From: Candidatus Nanopelagicales bacterium
GTDB lineage: Bacteria > Actinomycetota > Actinomycetes > S36-B12 > UBA5976
Reading direction: 5' to 3'
DNA: 64,000 nt
NCBI GenBank assembly: GCA_023260395.1
Contig: JALQVI010000002.1
Location: 1,867-65,866 of the forward strand
The notes beneath the pieces were generated by a model. It was not told the DNA's origin. It did not search any database and worked only from the letters and a program-made list of their open reading frames with translations. How positions within the stretch are numbered: position 1 is the stretch's first letter; the number at the start of each line of letters is the position of its first letter. Made by a program: the position numbers and the translations under genes. Below, piece after piece: positions 27,864-36,626 of this stretch.

Positions 27864-29738
27864 CTAGTTGAGAAGTTCTTGATAGAACTGAAGTTCCTCT
27901 GAAGCGCACAACGAGATTGTTGAGGCCTGTCGGAATCCATGACTTTCGCCGGGGAATTCAAAATATTTGTATTTCAAGCCGTTGGCAATGCAAGCATCCC
28001 TGAACGCTTCAGATTGAGACGGTGGAACGATTGGGTCATCAAGTCCTTGGAAGAAAATTAGCGGTGCGCTGATGTTATTGGCATGTGTTAGGGGTGAACG
28101 TTCCTTGTAGAGCGCTTCAACCGCTGGAAAAGGACCAATCAGACTGTCCATGTAACGCGATTCAAAATCATGAGTATCCAATGCCAATGGGATGAGATCG
28201 GCAACTCCGTAGTAGTCAGCGCCGCCGCTGAACAATGAGCTTTGAGTCAAAGCGTTGAGGACGGCAAATCCGCCTGCGCTGCCGCCGCGAATGAATAGCT
28301 TGTCGACATCTACGATTTTTTGATCAAGTAGGCCTTGGGCAACCGCGATGATGTCTTGGGTATCAACAACGCCCCATTGGCCACGAAGTGCATTTCGAAA
28401 TTCGCGGCCGTAACCAGTGGAGCCCCCGTAGTTGACGTCGACCACGGTGAATCCACGAGTGGTGAAAAATGCGTACTTCAAATTTGCGGCGGCGTTTGAG
28501 TGTCCAGTCGGTCCGCCATGTGCCGTGATTATGACCGGGGCATTACCTATCAGTTCAACATCAGGGTTGTGTGCCGGATGAACGACTGCATGGACAACTC
28601 GGCCATCAGTACTTGGCAAGGTCAGATGTTGCGGTGTAGCGAAGTAATCCAGGTCAATCGGCGATTCGAGTCGTTTGATTGTTTGCGAAAGTTGATGTTT
28701 TGCTAAATCAAATTCTTCAATTGATGGAAGTTTGTTGGCATGTTCTGCCACGACGTAAATGTGTGTTGTAGAAAGGCTGATGCTGCTGATTTCGGCAACT
28801 TGAGGGGAAAACATTGTTATCGCCTTTGTCGCGGGAGAGTACGAAACCAACTCTCGTGCTGCCGGATTTCCGCGCATGCCAATGACATTGCCGTTGGCAT
28901 GGACACGTAGCAAGTTCCAGCCGACAATCCACAATGGAAGAGCCCATTCCGACTCGTCATCAACTACATGAGTGCGGATTCCGTCTGTGGTGACATGCCA
29001 AAGATTCCACCAGTTCGACGCGTCGCTGATGTAGTACATCGAATTGTTGCTATCCCATGCCGGACTGTTCACCGATTCGGTCAGGCCGCCAGCAATGACT
29101 CGAACATCGTGTAGCGTGCCAGCCGATGTAATGGAAGCCACGCGAAGTTCCGTGCCGTCCCATGGCATTTGTGGATGTTCCCAAGCGATCCACGCCAGCG
29201 TTTGGTTATCTGGTGACAGAGTTAAGTGCGCGTAAAAATGTGATTCATCATCGAGGACTCGAATTCGTCCATCCCGTGAAATGGCGACGATAGCTCGCTT
29301 TGTTGCTCCGTGCTTATCGTCTTCGCGAATGCACCAGACTTCATCGCCACGAATAAGCATGTCGCAATAGCGCCACGAACTGCCTTCGGGTGATTCGGGC
29401 GTGATGGGCGCAGGTTCGCCGCCTACAGTCTTCCAATACAACCTTTGGTCGGTGGCTTCACAGAACAACAGTCCAGGTTCGCTATTCCATACGGTGACGA
29501 GCCAACTCAGTCCGCCCATTTCATGAACGCGAGTTTTTGCGCTCCATGGGGAAGGCAAGATGTCGCCATTCGTGCGACTGACAACCGTGGTTCGACCGGA
29601 TTCGCTTGGTCTGGTTTCATCCCAAAAGACATCGTCTCCAAAACTTTGCACAAATCCCAGTCGTGTTCCTGCCTGGGCAAGGATGTCAGGAGTTAGAGGT
29701 GAATCCCAAAATCCAGGAATTGGATGTTGCTCGGTCAT
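27864..29738 (-). CDS. S9 family serine peptidase (prolyl oligopeptidase / acylaminoacyl-peptidase type)
   Basis: N-terminal beta-propeller-like region and a C-terminal alpha/beta hydrolase with nucleophile motif GGSAGG. Asp and His fall in ..GLDDPIVP.. and ..GESHGF... Confidence 0.85.
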   Translation of the reverse strand: MTEQHPIPGFWDSPLTPDILAQAGTRLGFVQSFGDDVFWDETRPSESGRTTVVSRTNGDILPSPWSAKTRVHEMGGLSWLVTVWNSEPGLLFCEATDQRLYWKTVGGEPAPITPESPEGSSWRYCDMLIRGDEVWCIREDDKHGATKRAIVAISRDGRIRVLDDESHFYAHLTLSPDNQTLAWIAWEHPQMPWDGTELRVASITSAGTLHDVRVIAGGLTESVNSPAWDSNNSMYYISDASNWWNLWHVTTDGIRTHVVDDESEWALPLWIVGWNLLRVHANGNVIGMRGNPAARELVSYSPATKAITMFSPQVAEISSISLSTTHIYVVAEHANKLPSIEEFDLAKHQLSQTIKRLESPIDLDYFATPQHLTLPSTDGRVVHAVVHPAHNPDVELIGNAPVIITAHGGPTGHSNAAANLKYAFFTTRGFTVVDVNYGGSTGYGREFRNALRGQWGVVDTQDIIAVAQGLLDQKIVDVDKLFIRGGSAGGFAVLNALTQSSLFSGGADYYGVADLIPLALDTHDFESRYMDSLIGPFPAVEALYKERSPLTHANNISAPLIFFQGLDDPIVPPSQSEAFRDACIANGLKYKYFEFPGESHGFRQASTISLCASEELQFYQELLN

Positions 29739-29766
29739 GGATATCTCGATTGTTTGGCGAAGTCAG

Positions 29767-30147
29767 TTAGAGAAGTGGGTACGAACCGTCGGCATCGTGC
29801 TTTTCTGTGCCAACAACAGCTGGATTAAAAACGCAGATGAGTCGTAAGTCGGTTAATGCTGTTAGTTGATGGCGATCATGTTTGTCCAAGGTGTATGAAA
29901 CACCTGGATGAATAGCAAAGACTTCGTTGGTCGTTAGGTCCGTGACTTCGCCGGTGCCTTCGATGCACAAGTTCGCTTCAATGTGGTTCTTGTATTCAAG
30001 AGTCAGGCTCGTGCCTGCCTCAAGGAAAGTGTCATGGAGCGAGAAGCCAACGCCATCAACCCGCGTAAGGTGTCGCACGCTTGTACCGCCATTGAACTGC
30101 GAGTGATTTGGACCGCCGATGAGGGCTGCTTTATCTCTGATGATCAT
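29767..30147 (-). CDS. ectC: Ectoine synthase-type cupin (EctC), solitary
   Basis: 126 aa, collinear with EctC: MIIR.., ..YKNHIEANLCIEGTGEV.., ..PGVSYTLDKHDRHQL.., ..CVFNP...G.E.HD.DGSY. No ectA or ectB is present in the window. Confidence 0.85.
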   Translation of the reverse strand: MIIRDKAALIGGPNHSQFNGGTSVRHLTRVDGVGFSLHDTFLEAGTSLTLEYKNHIEANLCIEGTGEVTDLTTNEVFAIHPGVSYTLDKHDRHQLTALTDLRLICVFNPAVVGTEKHDADGSYPLL

Positions 30148-30153
30148 GTGGTC

Positions 30154-30159
30154 AGCCTA
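30154..30159 (-). promoter_or_regulatory. -10-like TAGGCT, 6 nt before ectC ATG (leaderless candidate)
   Basis: On the minus strand the arrangement is TAGGCT-gaccac-ATG(30147). It lies 8 nt after the base of the glnA1 terminator stem. Confidence 0.45.
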
Positions 30160-30166
30160 CAATCGC

Positions 30167-30198
30167 AAAAGCCCCGCTACCGAAGTAACGGGGCTTTT
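30167..30198 (-). terminator. Rho-independent terminator after glnA1
   Basis: The minus strand reads AAAAGCCCCGTTAC-ttcg-GTAGCGGGGCTTTTgcg. The stem is 10 bp with one mismatch and is followed by a U-tract. Confidence 0.8.
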
Positions 30199-30242
30199 GC
30201 TGCTTTCGAAGTTACTCGAAGGCTGCCAATAACGCGGTCGAA

Positions 30243-31688
30243 TTAGATGTCGTAGTACAACTCGAATTCGGCTGGATGTGGTCGCAAGCGAACGTAGTCA
30301 ACTTCAGCTTCACGCTTGTAGTTGATCCAGGTTTCAATGAGATCCTTGGTGAACACGCCACCTTCGAGAAGGTAGTCGTGATCTGCTTCAAGAGCTTCAA
30401 GTACCTCTGGAAGCGTGCCAGGAACCTGTGGGATATCTGCAGCTTCCTCAGGTGGAAGTTCGTAGAGATCCTTGTCGACTGGAGCGTGTGGTTCAATCTT
30501 GTTCTTGATGCCGTCAAGGCCAGCCATCAACATGGCGGCGAAGGCCAAGTATGGGTTGCTTGATGGGTCAGGGCAGCGGAATTCGATGCGCTTGGCCTTT
30601 GGATTGTTTCCGGTGATGGGAATACGTAGGCAAGCTGAGCGGTTGCGCTGGCTGTATACCAAGTTCACAGGTGCTTCGTAGCCAGGCACTAGGCGGTGGA
30701 ACGAGTTCACAGTTGGGTTGGTGAACGCAAGCAGTGATGGTGCGTGCTTAAGGATGCCACCGATGTACCAACGCGCCATGTCGGAAAGACCTGCGTAGCC
30801 ACGCTCGTCATAGAACAACGGGACGCCATCTGTCCATAGGGACTGGTGAACGTGCATGCCTGAACCGTTGTCACCGAAGAGTGGCTTTGGCATGAATGTT
30901 GCCGACTTGCCGGCTTCCCAAGCGGTGTTACGAATGACGTATTTAAAGAGCATTACTTCGTCAGCAGCCTTGAGCAAGGTGTTGAACTTGTAGTTGATTT
31001 CCATCTGGCCGGCGGTGCCCACTTCGTGGTGTGAACGCTCGACGAGGAGGCCAACTTCAGCAAGCTTTACGACCATGTGATCGCGCAGGTCGGCCATCTG
31101 GTCTGTTGGAGAAACGGGGAAGTAGCCACCCTTGATGCGAGTCTTGTAGCCACGGTTGTCAGAGCCATCGGCGTTGAATTCAGAGCCTGAATTCCATGCG
31201 CCTTCGATGGAGTCAATGTGATGGAAGGAGTGATTTGTTCCGGTGGAGTAGCGGATTGAATCAAAAATGAAGAATTCTGCTTCTGGGGCAAAGAATGCGG
31301 TGTCAGCGATACCTGTTGACTGTAGGTAAGCCTCTGCTTTTGCAGCAACGTTGCGAGGATCGCGGCTGTATGGCTCATCGGTAAATGGATCGCGAACTGA
31401 GAAGTTCATGACCAAAGTCTTTTCCTTGCGGAATGGATCAACAAATGCAGTAGTTGGGTCAGCGATGAGCTTCATGTCAGATTCGTGAATCTGCTGGAAG
31501 CCACGGATGGACGAACCATCAAACATTTGGCCACCAGTGAAAAATGCTTCGTCTACAGATTCAACGGGAACGTTGAAATGCTGCATAACGCCTGGCAAAT
31601 CGCAAAAGCGAACATCCACGAAACGAATGTTGTTGTCGGCAATGTACTTCAGTACATCCGCTGCGTTGGTAAGTCCAAGATTGGACAT
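30243..31688 (-). CDS. glnA: Glutamine synthetase type I (GSI-beta, adenylylatable)
   Basis: 481 aa, full-length GSI. The adenylylation-site motif DLYELPPEE is present. GGAGGA lies 4 nt upstream of the ATG. Confidence 0.95.
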   Translation of the reverse strand: MSNLGLTNAADVLKYIADNNIRFVDVRFCDLPGVMQHFNVPVESVDEAFFTGGQMFDGSSIRGFQQIHESDMKLIADPTTAFVDPFRKEKTLVMNFSVRDPFTDEPYSRDPRNVAAKAEAYLQSTGIADTAFFAPEAEFFIFDSIRYSTGTNHSFHHIDSIEGAWNSGSEFNADGSDNRGYKTRIKGGYFPVSPTDQMADLRDHMVVKLAEVGLLVERSHHEVGTAGQMEINYKFNTLLKAADEVMLFKYVIRNTAWEAGKSATFMPKPLFGDNGSGMHVHQSLWTDGVPLFYDERGYAGLSDMARWYIGGILKHAPSLLAFTNPTVNSFHRLVPGYEAPVNLVYSQRNRSACLRIPITGNNPKAKRIEFRCPDPSSNPYLAFAAMLMAGLDGIKNKIEPHAPVDKDLYELPPEEAADIPQVPGTLPEVLEALEADHDYLLEGGVFTKDLIETWINYKREAEVDYVRLRPHPAEFELYYDI

Positions 31689-31767
31689 TGATCCTCCAAG
31701 AATTTAGTAGTTCGCTTCTTTCGAAGAAACCACATCGACCGTTAGTTCAAGACTTTAGGACATGCCG

Positions 31768-31805
31768 ATTTCATGCCCGTATCCCGAATGTTTCGCTTGT
31801 GTTAC
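31768..31805 (-). promoter_or_regulatory. GlnR-type binding box (two a-site/b-site pairs) upstream of glnA1
   Basis: The minus strand reads GTAAC-acaagc-GAAAC-attcgg-GATAC-gggcat-GAAAT. This fits the actinobacterial GlnR consensus gTnAc-n6-GaAAc-n6-GtnAC-n6-GAAAc with 2 mismatches. It spans -117 to -80 from the glnA1 ATG. Confidence 0.6.
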
Positions 31806-31817
31806 ATCGCGGTTCAA

Positions 31818-32948
31818 TTACAGGTTGTAGGCCCGTTCGGCATTGGTTGAAGCCAACCAAGTCAAGTACTTCTCGGCATCAGCCTGGCCCATACCGTCAG
31901 AATCGACCCAGCCTTGCAAAATATCGCCAATGGCACTGCGCCAGATGCTCGCGCCACAGTAATAGAGCTCAGGTAGGCCAAAGGCGTCCGAAGAAAACAG
32001 CATTTTGCCAAATGGAGCCATCTCGACGGAATGGCGAATCAGGCTGTGGTGTTCAAGGCCGGTGTAGTTGATAGCTGCACCTGTATCCAGATAGACGTGA
32101 GGGAACACATGAGCTAGGTAGCCAGCTTCGCGAATAAATGGGTAGCAGTGAAGCAACATGATGTTCGTGCCGGTATCAACCGTTCGACGGATGAATTCCG
32201 TCATTTGGGTGGGGTCGCAGCGATGAAGATTGATATCAGAGTCGCCAAAACCTACGTGGAACTGGATGGGCTTCTTGTGGTTTACGGCTTCCCACAGCAC
32301 ATGGCGAAGTAATACGGGATGTGAAAGGCGAACCTTGTCGGTTGCGTCAATTTCTGAAATCCATTCGGCTACAGCCTGTTCAACTTCGGATGCGCTTGGT
32401 TTGTCTGGGTCAAAATCAAGTCCATAGCGATAAGCGATAATCGACTTGAAGCCAACCGCTTGAGCGCTTTCAGTCGACAGGTAATCGGAATAATCCTGAA
32501 TGAACGTAGCTGGCGTCGAATTCTTGATCATCCTTTCTGCGGCAGTTTCCAGGCGAACAATTTCACGTGACTGCCCATTGCCAACAGCAGCAAGCTGATC
32601 AGGCGTCAAAATGTTGTCGCTCTTAAAGCCAGTGTCGACAATAAAAGTTTCAATGCCAGTTAGTGGAAGTAGTTGCGCAACCAGTGCCTCTTGGCCAACT
32701 TCACGTCGTCGCTTCCAATATGTTTCTGGATCGCAATGTTTCTCGAGTCCCAGAAGTGGGGCGACGAGTCCTCGGGTGAGTACACCGAACTGCTCATCGA
32801 GTACAGATAGTCCGTGGCGTGGAAGCCAGTCACCTTCGGTTGCGTAAATTTCATACTGGTCACGTTCGAGTTCGTGGTTAATCGTGCCGTGACAGTGATT
32901 GTCGATCAACGGTATTTGTGCAGCAAGTTCGCTAATTCGCATTCCCAT
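31818..32948 (-). CDS. Amidohydrolase-2 (TIM-barrel metal-dependent hydrolase) family protein
   Basis: N-terminal metal motif IDNHCHG. 376 aa. It is divergent from a GS-like gene. Confidence 0.7.
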   Translation of the reverse strand: MGMRISELAAQIPLIDNHCHGTINHELERDQYEIYATEGDWLPRHGLSVLDEQFGVLTRGLVAPLLGLEKHCDPETYWKRRREVGQEALVAQLLPLTGIETFIVDTGFKSDNILTPDQLAAVGNGQSREIVRLETAAERMIKNSTPATFIQDYSDYLSTESAQAVGFKSIIAYRYGLDFDPDKPSASEVEQAVAEWISEIDATDKVRLSHPVLLRHVLWEAVNHKKPIQFHVGFGDSDINLHRCDPTQMTEFIRRTVDTGTNIMLLHCYPFIREAGYLAHVFPHVYLDTGAAINYTGLEHHSLIRHSVEMAPFGKMLFSSDAFGLPELYYCGASIWRSAIGDILQGWVDSDGMGQADAEKYLTWLASTNAERAYNL

Positions 32949-32954
32949 GCTCGT

Positions 32955-32960
32955 AGGCTA
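32955..32960 (-). promoter_or_regulatory. -10-like TAGCCT, 6 nt before amidohydrolase ATG (leaderless candidate)
   Basis: On the minus strand the arrangement is TAGCCT-acgagc-ATG(32948). Confidence 0.45.
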
Positions 32961-32984
32961 TCTAGTAAGGCAATGCAAAGGGGC

Positions 32985-34298
32985 ATGAACATGAGCGACG
33001 GCGATTTGGTTTTACTAGCGTGGAGTGATTACGTCGGCATCACGCGCGTGCGTGGACTTGTCTCACGGATTTACCCCAAGCGAATGACTACCGGAATTGG
33101 CTGGGCGGTTGCAGGGCAAGTATTGACGCCTTTTGACGATCTTGGTCCAAATCCATGGGGATCCATGATGGAAGTTCGCCAAGTTCCGGTTCCAGAAACT
33201 CATCGAAAAATCGACATTTGGAGCGATGCGCCACCACTTGAGATGGTGCTCTGCGATGCCCGAACGCTCGATGGCAAGCAATGGGAATGCGGAACTCGCG
33301 CTTTCTATGAAAATGCCCTCAAGGATTTCCGCGAAGAAACCGGGCTTGAATTTATGGCTGCTTTCGAACATGAATTCCAGCTTCTTGGTGTCGACGGACC
33401 TGACGCGCCGCCATTTTCCATTGAGCATGTCCGCAAAGTGCCACACTTCATGAGTGACTTGGCACGCGCATTGAATCAAGCGGATGTGGATGTTGAATCT
33501 ATTGAGCCAGAGTTTGGCGTCAATCAATTTGAGGTAACCACAGGACCAGCAACTGGTATGGCAGCCGCTGATAATCCCATCATTGTTCGAGAAGTCATAC
33601 GTGAAGTTGCTCGACGTCTTGGTTACCGTGCAACCTTTACGCCAAAGCCCACTCCAGAAGCAGTTGGAAATGGCGCGCATGTTCATTTCAGTTTCTTAGA
33701 CCAAGAGGGCAACAACGCTACGTATGACCCCGACGGTCCTGGCGGGGCAAGCGAAGTTGCTCAACACTTCATTGCCGGAGTGGTCAAATACCTACCCGCA
33801 TTGTGCGCGTACATGGCTTCGAGCCCTGTGTCATACCTTCGACTTGGTCCGCATCACTGGGCTTGTGGATATGCAAGTTTTGGAATTCAAAATCGCGAGG
33901 CAGGAATTCGAATTTGTCCATCGGCAGATCCGTCAAATCAGTCTCGCTCCTTTAATCTCGAAGTCCGAGCCCCTGATGCCACAGCTAGTCCATACATCGT
34001 TTTGGGCTCGCTCATTCGTGCCGGATTGCAGGGCATTCGTGATGCGTTACCGATGCCTGCGGCAGTGGAAGGCGATCCTTCGGATTTAACCGAAGCGCAG
34101 CGATCGGACATGGGGATTGTTGCTTTGCCTGGGTCGCTGGAAGAAGCCTTGGCTGTCTTGGACGCAGATGAAGTGGCTCGGTCCTGGATGCCCGAACTGA
34201 TGTATCAGTGTTTCGTTGGTGTAAAGCAAACTGAAATTACTTTGGCAAAAGGACTCACTGATCAAGACTTGTGTGAGAGATACCGAAACGTTTATTAA
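32985..34298 (+). CDS. Glutamine synthetase-fold protein, GlnA3/GlnA4-like (candidate gamma-glutamyl-amine synthetase)
   Basis: GS catalytic-domain motifs are present (..AFEHEFQL.., ..EPEFGVNQFEV.., ..TFTPKP....GNGAHVHFS.., ..N.R.AGIRI..). AAAGGGG lies upstream of ATG 32985. The ORF-track N-terminus overlaps the divergent gene. Confidence 0.8.
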   Translation: MNMSDGDLVLLAWSDYVGITRVRGLVSRIYPKRMTTGIGWAVAGQVLTPFDDLGPNPWGSMMEVRQVPVPETHRKIDIWSDAPPLEMVLCDARTLDGKQWECGTRAFYENALKDFREETGLEFMAAFEHEFQLLGVDGPDAPPFSIEHVRKVPHFMSDLARALNQADVDVESIEPEFGVNQFEVTTGPATGMAAADNPIIVREVIREVARRLGYRATFTPKPTPEAVGNGAHVHFSFLDQEGNNATYDPDGPGGASEVAQHFIAGVVKYLPALCAYMASSPVSYLRLGPHHWACGYASFGIQNREAGIRICPSADPSNQSRSFNLEVRAPDATASPYIVLGSLIRAGLQGIRDALPMPAAVEGDPSDLTEAQRSDMGIVALPGSLEEALAVLDADEVARSWMPELMYQCFVGVKQTEITLAKGLTDQDLCERYRNVY

Positions 34299-34321
34299 GA
34301 AAGACGTTTGGACTTCGCAAG

Positions 34322-34327
34322 TAGGGT
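34322..34327 (+). promoter_or_regulatory. -10-like TAGGGT, 6 nt before RDD-gene GTG (leaderless candidate)
   Basis: The arrangement is TAGGGT-agtgct-GTG(34334). Confidence 0.45.
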
Positions 34328-34333
34328 AGTGCT

Positions 34334-34801
34334 GTGGAACGCAAAGATGTGTCGTCGTGGTTATCTGGGCCAAAAGAAACGTTGGAACAGCAAGGAGTTG
34401 ACTTTGGCTACCCGGGTGAACGACTTGGCTTTCCACAAACCGGAGTCGCGAGTGTGGCCCGACCAGGCCGTCGTCTTGTAGCGCTCACGCTGGATTGGTT
34501 TTCTGCACTTTTCATTGCCAAGGCTTTTGGTTCATCCATGAGTTACACCCAAAATTCCTGGCTTGTGCTGGAGTTATTCGCACTTCAAATTATGGTTTTA
34601 ACGAGCCTCATTGGTTCCTCGTTTGGACAGCAAATAATGGGCATTGGTGTGCGTCGCCTAGATGGACAACGACTCACGGTGCCGGCAGTGATCTTGCGGA
34701 CACTTCTGATTTTGTTGGTAGTGCCAGCTGTGATTTATGATCGCGACGGTCGAGGACTTCACGACAAGGCCGTTGGCTCGGTCGTGCAGCGAATTCGCTA
34801 G
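34334..34801 (+). CDS. RDD-family membrane protein
   Basis: ..GRRLVALTLDW.. and a C-terminal ..DRDGRGLHDKAVGSVV. It lies in the conserved position near glnA1/lipA. Confidence 0.8.
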   Translation: MERKDVSSWLSGPKETLEQQGVDFGYPGERLGFPQTGVASVARPGRRLVALTLDWFSALFIAKAFGSSMSYTQNSWLVLELFALQIMVLTSLIGSSFGQQIMGIGVRRLDGQRLTVPAVILRTLLILLVVPAVIYDRDGRGLHDKAVGSVVQRIR

Positions 34802-34992
34802 CGACCTATTGCATCTTTGATCTGGTTAAGAACATCGTGGTTATTGAAGTACGGGATAACCACAATAAATAGTGCGGCAGCAATAACCGCCCACTTAATG
34901 AGTTTCTTGAAGAGAAAAAGAATCACAAGTACTACGCCACCAATTTGTAGCGGCGTAAAACTATTGGTGATTTGAGAGAACAAGTCCTGCAT
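34798..34992 (-). CDS. Small membrane protein (64 aa), hypothetical
   Basis: Two hydrophobic helices. Its start overlaps the upstream stop (TAATG), suggesting translational coupling. Confidence 0.5.
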   Translation of the reverse strand: MQDLFSQITNSFTPLQIGGVVLVILFLFKKLIKWAVIAAALFIVVIPYFNNHDVLNQIKDAIGR

Positions 34993-35654
34993 TAGCGGCG
35001 TGGAATCTTTCGTCCCTGTGGCATTGGTCCTTTAGGGATAGGCAGGATGTTCTTTGGCATTGCATCTACGCGGCGACGCAGTTCAGTGACTTCGGCTGGG
35101 CGAAGCGTCTTTTTAAACTTACGCACAGCCTTGTTGAGGTCATTCAGAGTCGTTGCACCGTCACCGACGATAATTTCGTGAATCGTAATACCTGGAACGA
35201 TTCGCTGATGAGCTTTGCGTTGTTCGGCGAGCAATGCACCTGGGCGCGAACCTTCGCCAACCAAAATGATGCCTGGGCGGCCAACTACACGGTGAACTAA
35301 GTTTTGGTTCTTGTCTACGCCAACAGCAGGGGTAGTGAACCACCCACCGCGCAACGTGTTGAGTACAGAAGCAGCGGCGCCAAGTTGTCCATTGATAGAG
35401 GCGTAGGCAGCTTTTTCAGCAATCTTGCCGAAAACAAAAGTTGTCGTTAGAAGCGCAGTACCCAAACCAAAGATTGCGAAAACAATGAACAAGTCAAGGA
35501 GTTTGCCAACGGCTAAGAATGCCGCAAAAACTCCAAGAAACAAGCCCGCCATTTTGAGGCCAATGGCAGGATTTGACGCCTTGGTAAAGGTGTAGGTTTC
35601 GCGAAGCTGGACGTACCACTTCTGTTTTGCTGGTTCTGGCATGCGTGCTGACAT
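34992..35654 (-). CDS. Conserved actinobacterial membrane protein (DUF4191-like)
   Basis: 220 aa with two TM helices followed by a soluble domain. It lies immediately downstream of lipA, as in other actinobacteria. Confidence 0.6.
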   Translation of the reverse strand: MSARMPEPAKQKWYVQLRETYTFTKASNPAIGLKMAGLFLGVFAAFLAVGKLLDLFIVFAIFGLGTALLTTTFVFGKIAEKAAYASINGQLGAAASVLNTLRGGWFTTPAVGVDKNQNLVHRVVGRPGIILVGEGSRPGALLAEQRKAHQRIVPGITIHEIIVGDGATTLNDLNKAVRKFKKTLRPAEVTELRRRVDAMPKNILPIPKGPMPQGRKIPRR

Positions 35655-35664
35655 AGGTACAACT

Positions 35665-36615
35665 TTAGAGGGTGGATGCGCCGCGGGCTGCGATGGCTTG
35701 CTGATATAGGCGACCAGCTCGATATGACGAACGGACCAATGGTCCGCTCATAACCCCGGCAAAGCCAGTAGCGGTTGCAAAGTCAGCCAGTGCCACAAAC
35801 TCTTCTGGCTTTACCCAGCGCTCCACGGGGTGGTGGCGCACAGAAGGGCGCAAGTACTGCGTAATAGTGATCAAGTCACAACCGGCCTCGTGAAGATCAA
35901 CTAGTGCCTGCTCAACTTCTGAGATTTCTTCGCCCATGCCCAAAATCAAGTTGCTCTTGGTTACCAAACCAAAGTCACGTGCCTTGGTGATGACTTCTAA
36001 TGAGCGCTCATAGCGGAAGGCTGGGCGAATGCGCTTGAAAATACGTGGCACGGTTTCGATGTTGTGGGCAAATACTTCAGGACGGGATTCAAAAACTTCA
36101 GCTAGCAAATGATCTTCGTTATTAAAGTCAGGTGCCAACATTTCAACGCCACAACCTGGAACCAATTCGTGAATAGCGTTGATTGTTTCGGCGTAGAGCC
36201 ATGCTCCACCGTCTGGCAGGTCATCGCGAGCCACACCTGTAACGGTTGCGTATTTCAATTGCATTGACTTAACAGATTCGGCTACGCGACGTGGTTCATC
36301 GCGGTCGAGTGGTTGTGGCTTGCCGGTATCAATCTGGCAAAAATCGCATCGTCGTGTGCACTGGTCGCCGCCGATGAGAAATGTTGCTTCGCGATCTTCC
36401 CAACATTCAAAAATGTTTGGGCAACCTGCTTCTTGGCAGACAGTGTGCAGGCCTTCGCTCTTCACCAGATTCATGATCTGGGTGTACTCGGGGCCAGTCT
36501 TGAGTTTGGTCTTGATCCACTCAGGCTTGCGCTCAATCGGAGTCTCTGCGTTGCGAGCTTCGATGCGCAGTAATTTGCGACCTTCAGACGGTTCTTCAAT
36601 AAATGGCGTAGTCAT
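35665..36615 (-). CDS. lipA: Lipoyl synthase (radical SAM)
   Basis: Radical-SAM cluster CTRRCDFC plus the auxiliary-cluster cysteines (..[12 protein letters not shown]..). Confidence 0.95.
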   Translation of the reverse strand: MTTPFIEEPSEGRKLLRIEARNAETPIERKPEWIKTKLKTGPEYTQIMNLVKSEGLHTVCQEAGCPNIFECWEDREATFLIGGDQCTRRCDFCQIDTGKPQPLDRDEPRRVAESVKSMQLKYATVTGVARDDLPDGGAWLYAETINAIHELVPGCGVEMLAPDFNNEDHLLAEVFESRPEVFAHNIETVPRIFKRIRPAFRYERSLEVITKARDFGLVTKSNLILGMGEEISEVEQALVDLHEAGCDLITITQYLRPSVRHHPVERWVKPEEFVALADFATATGFAGVMSGPLVRSSYRAGRLYQQAIAARGASTL

Positions 36616-36626
36616 AGACCCTCGCT

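Noticed and set aside
33063-33686. 207-aa minus-strand ORF inside the GS-like gene
   Set aside because: It is antisense to a CDS with clear GS catalytic motifs and has no family resemblance or RBS.
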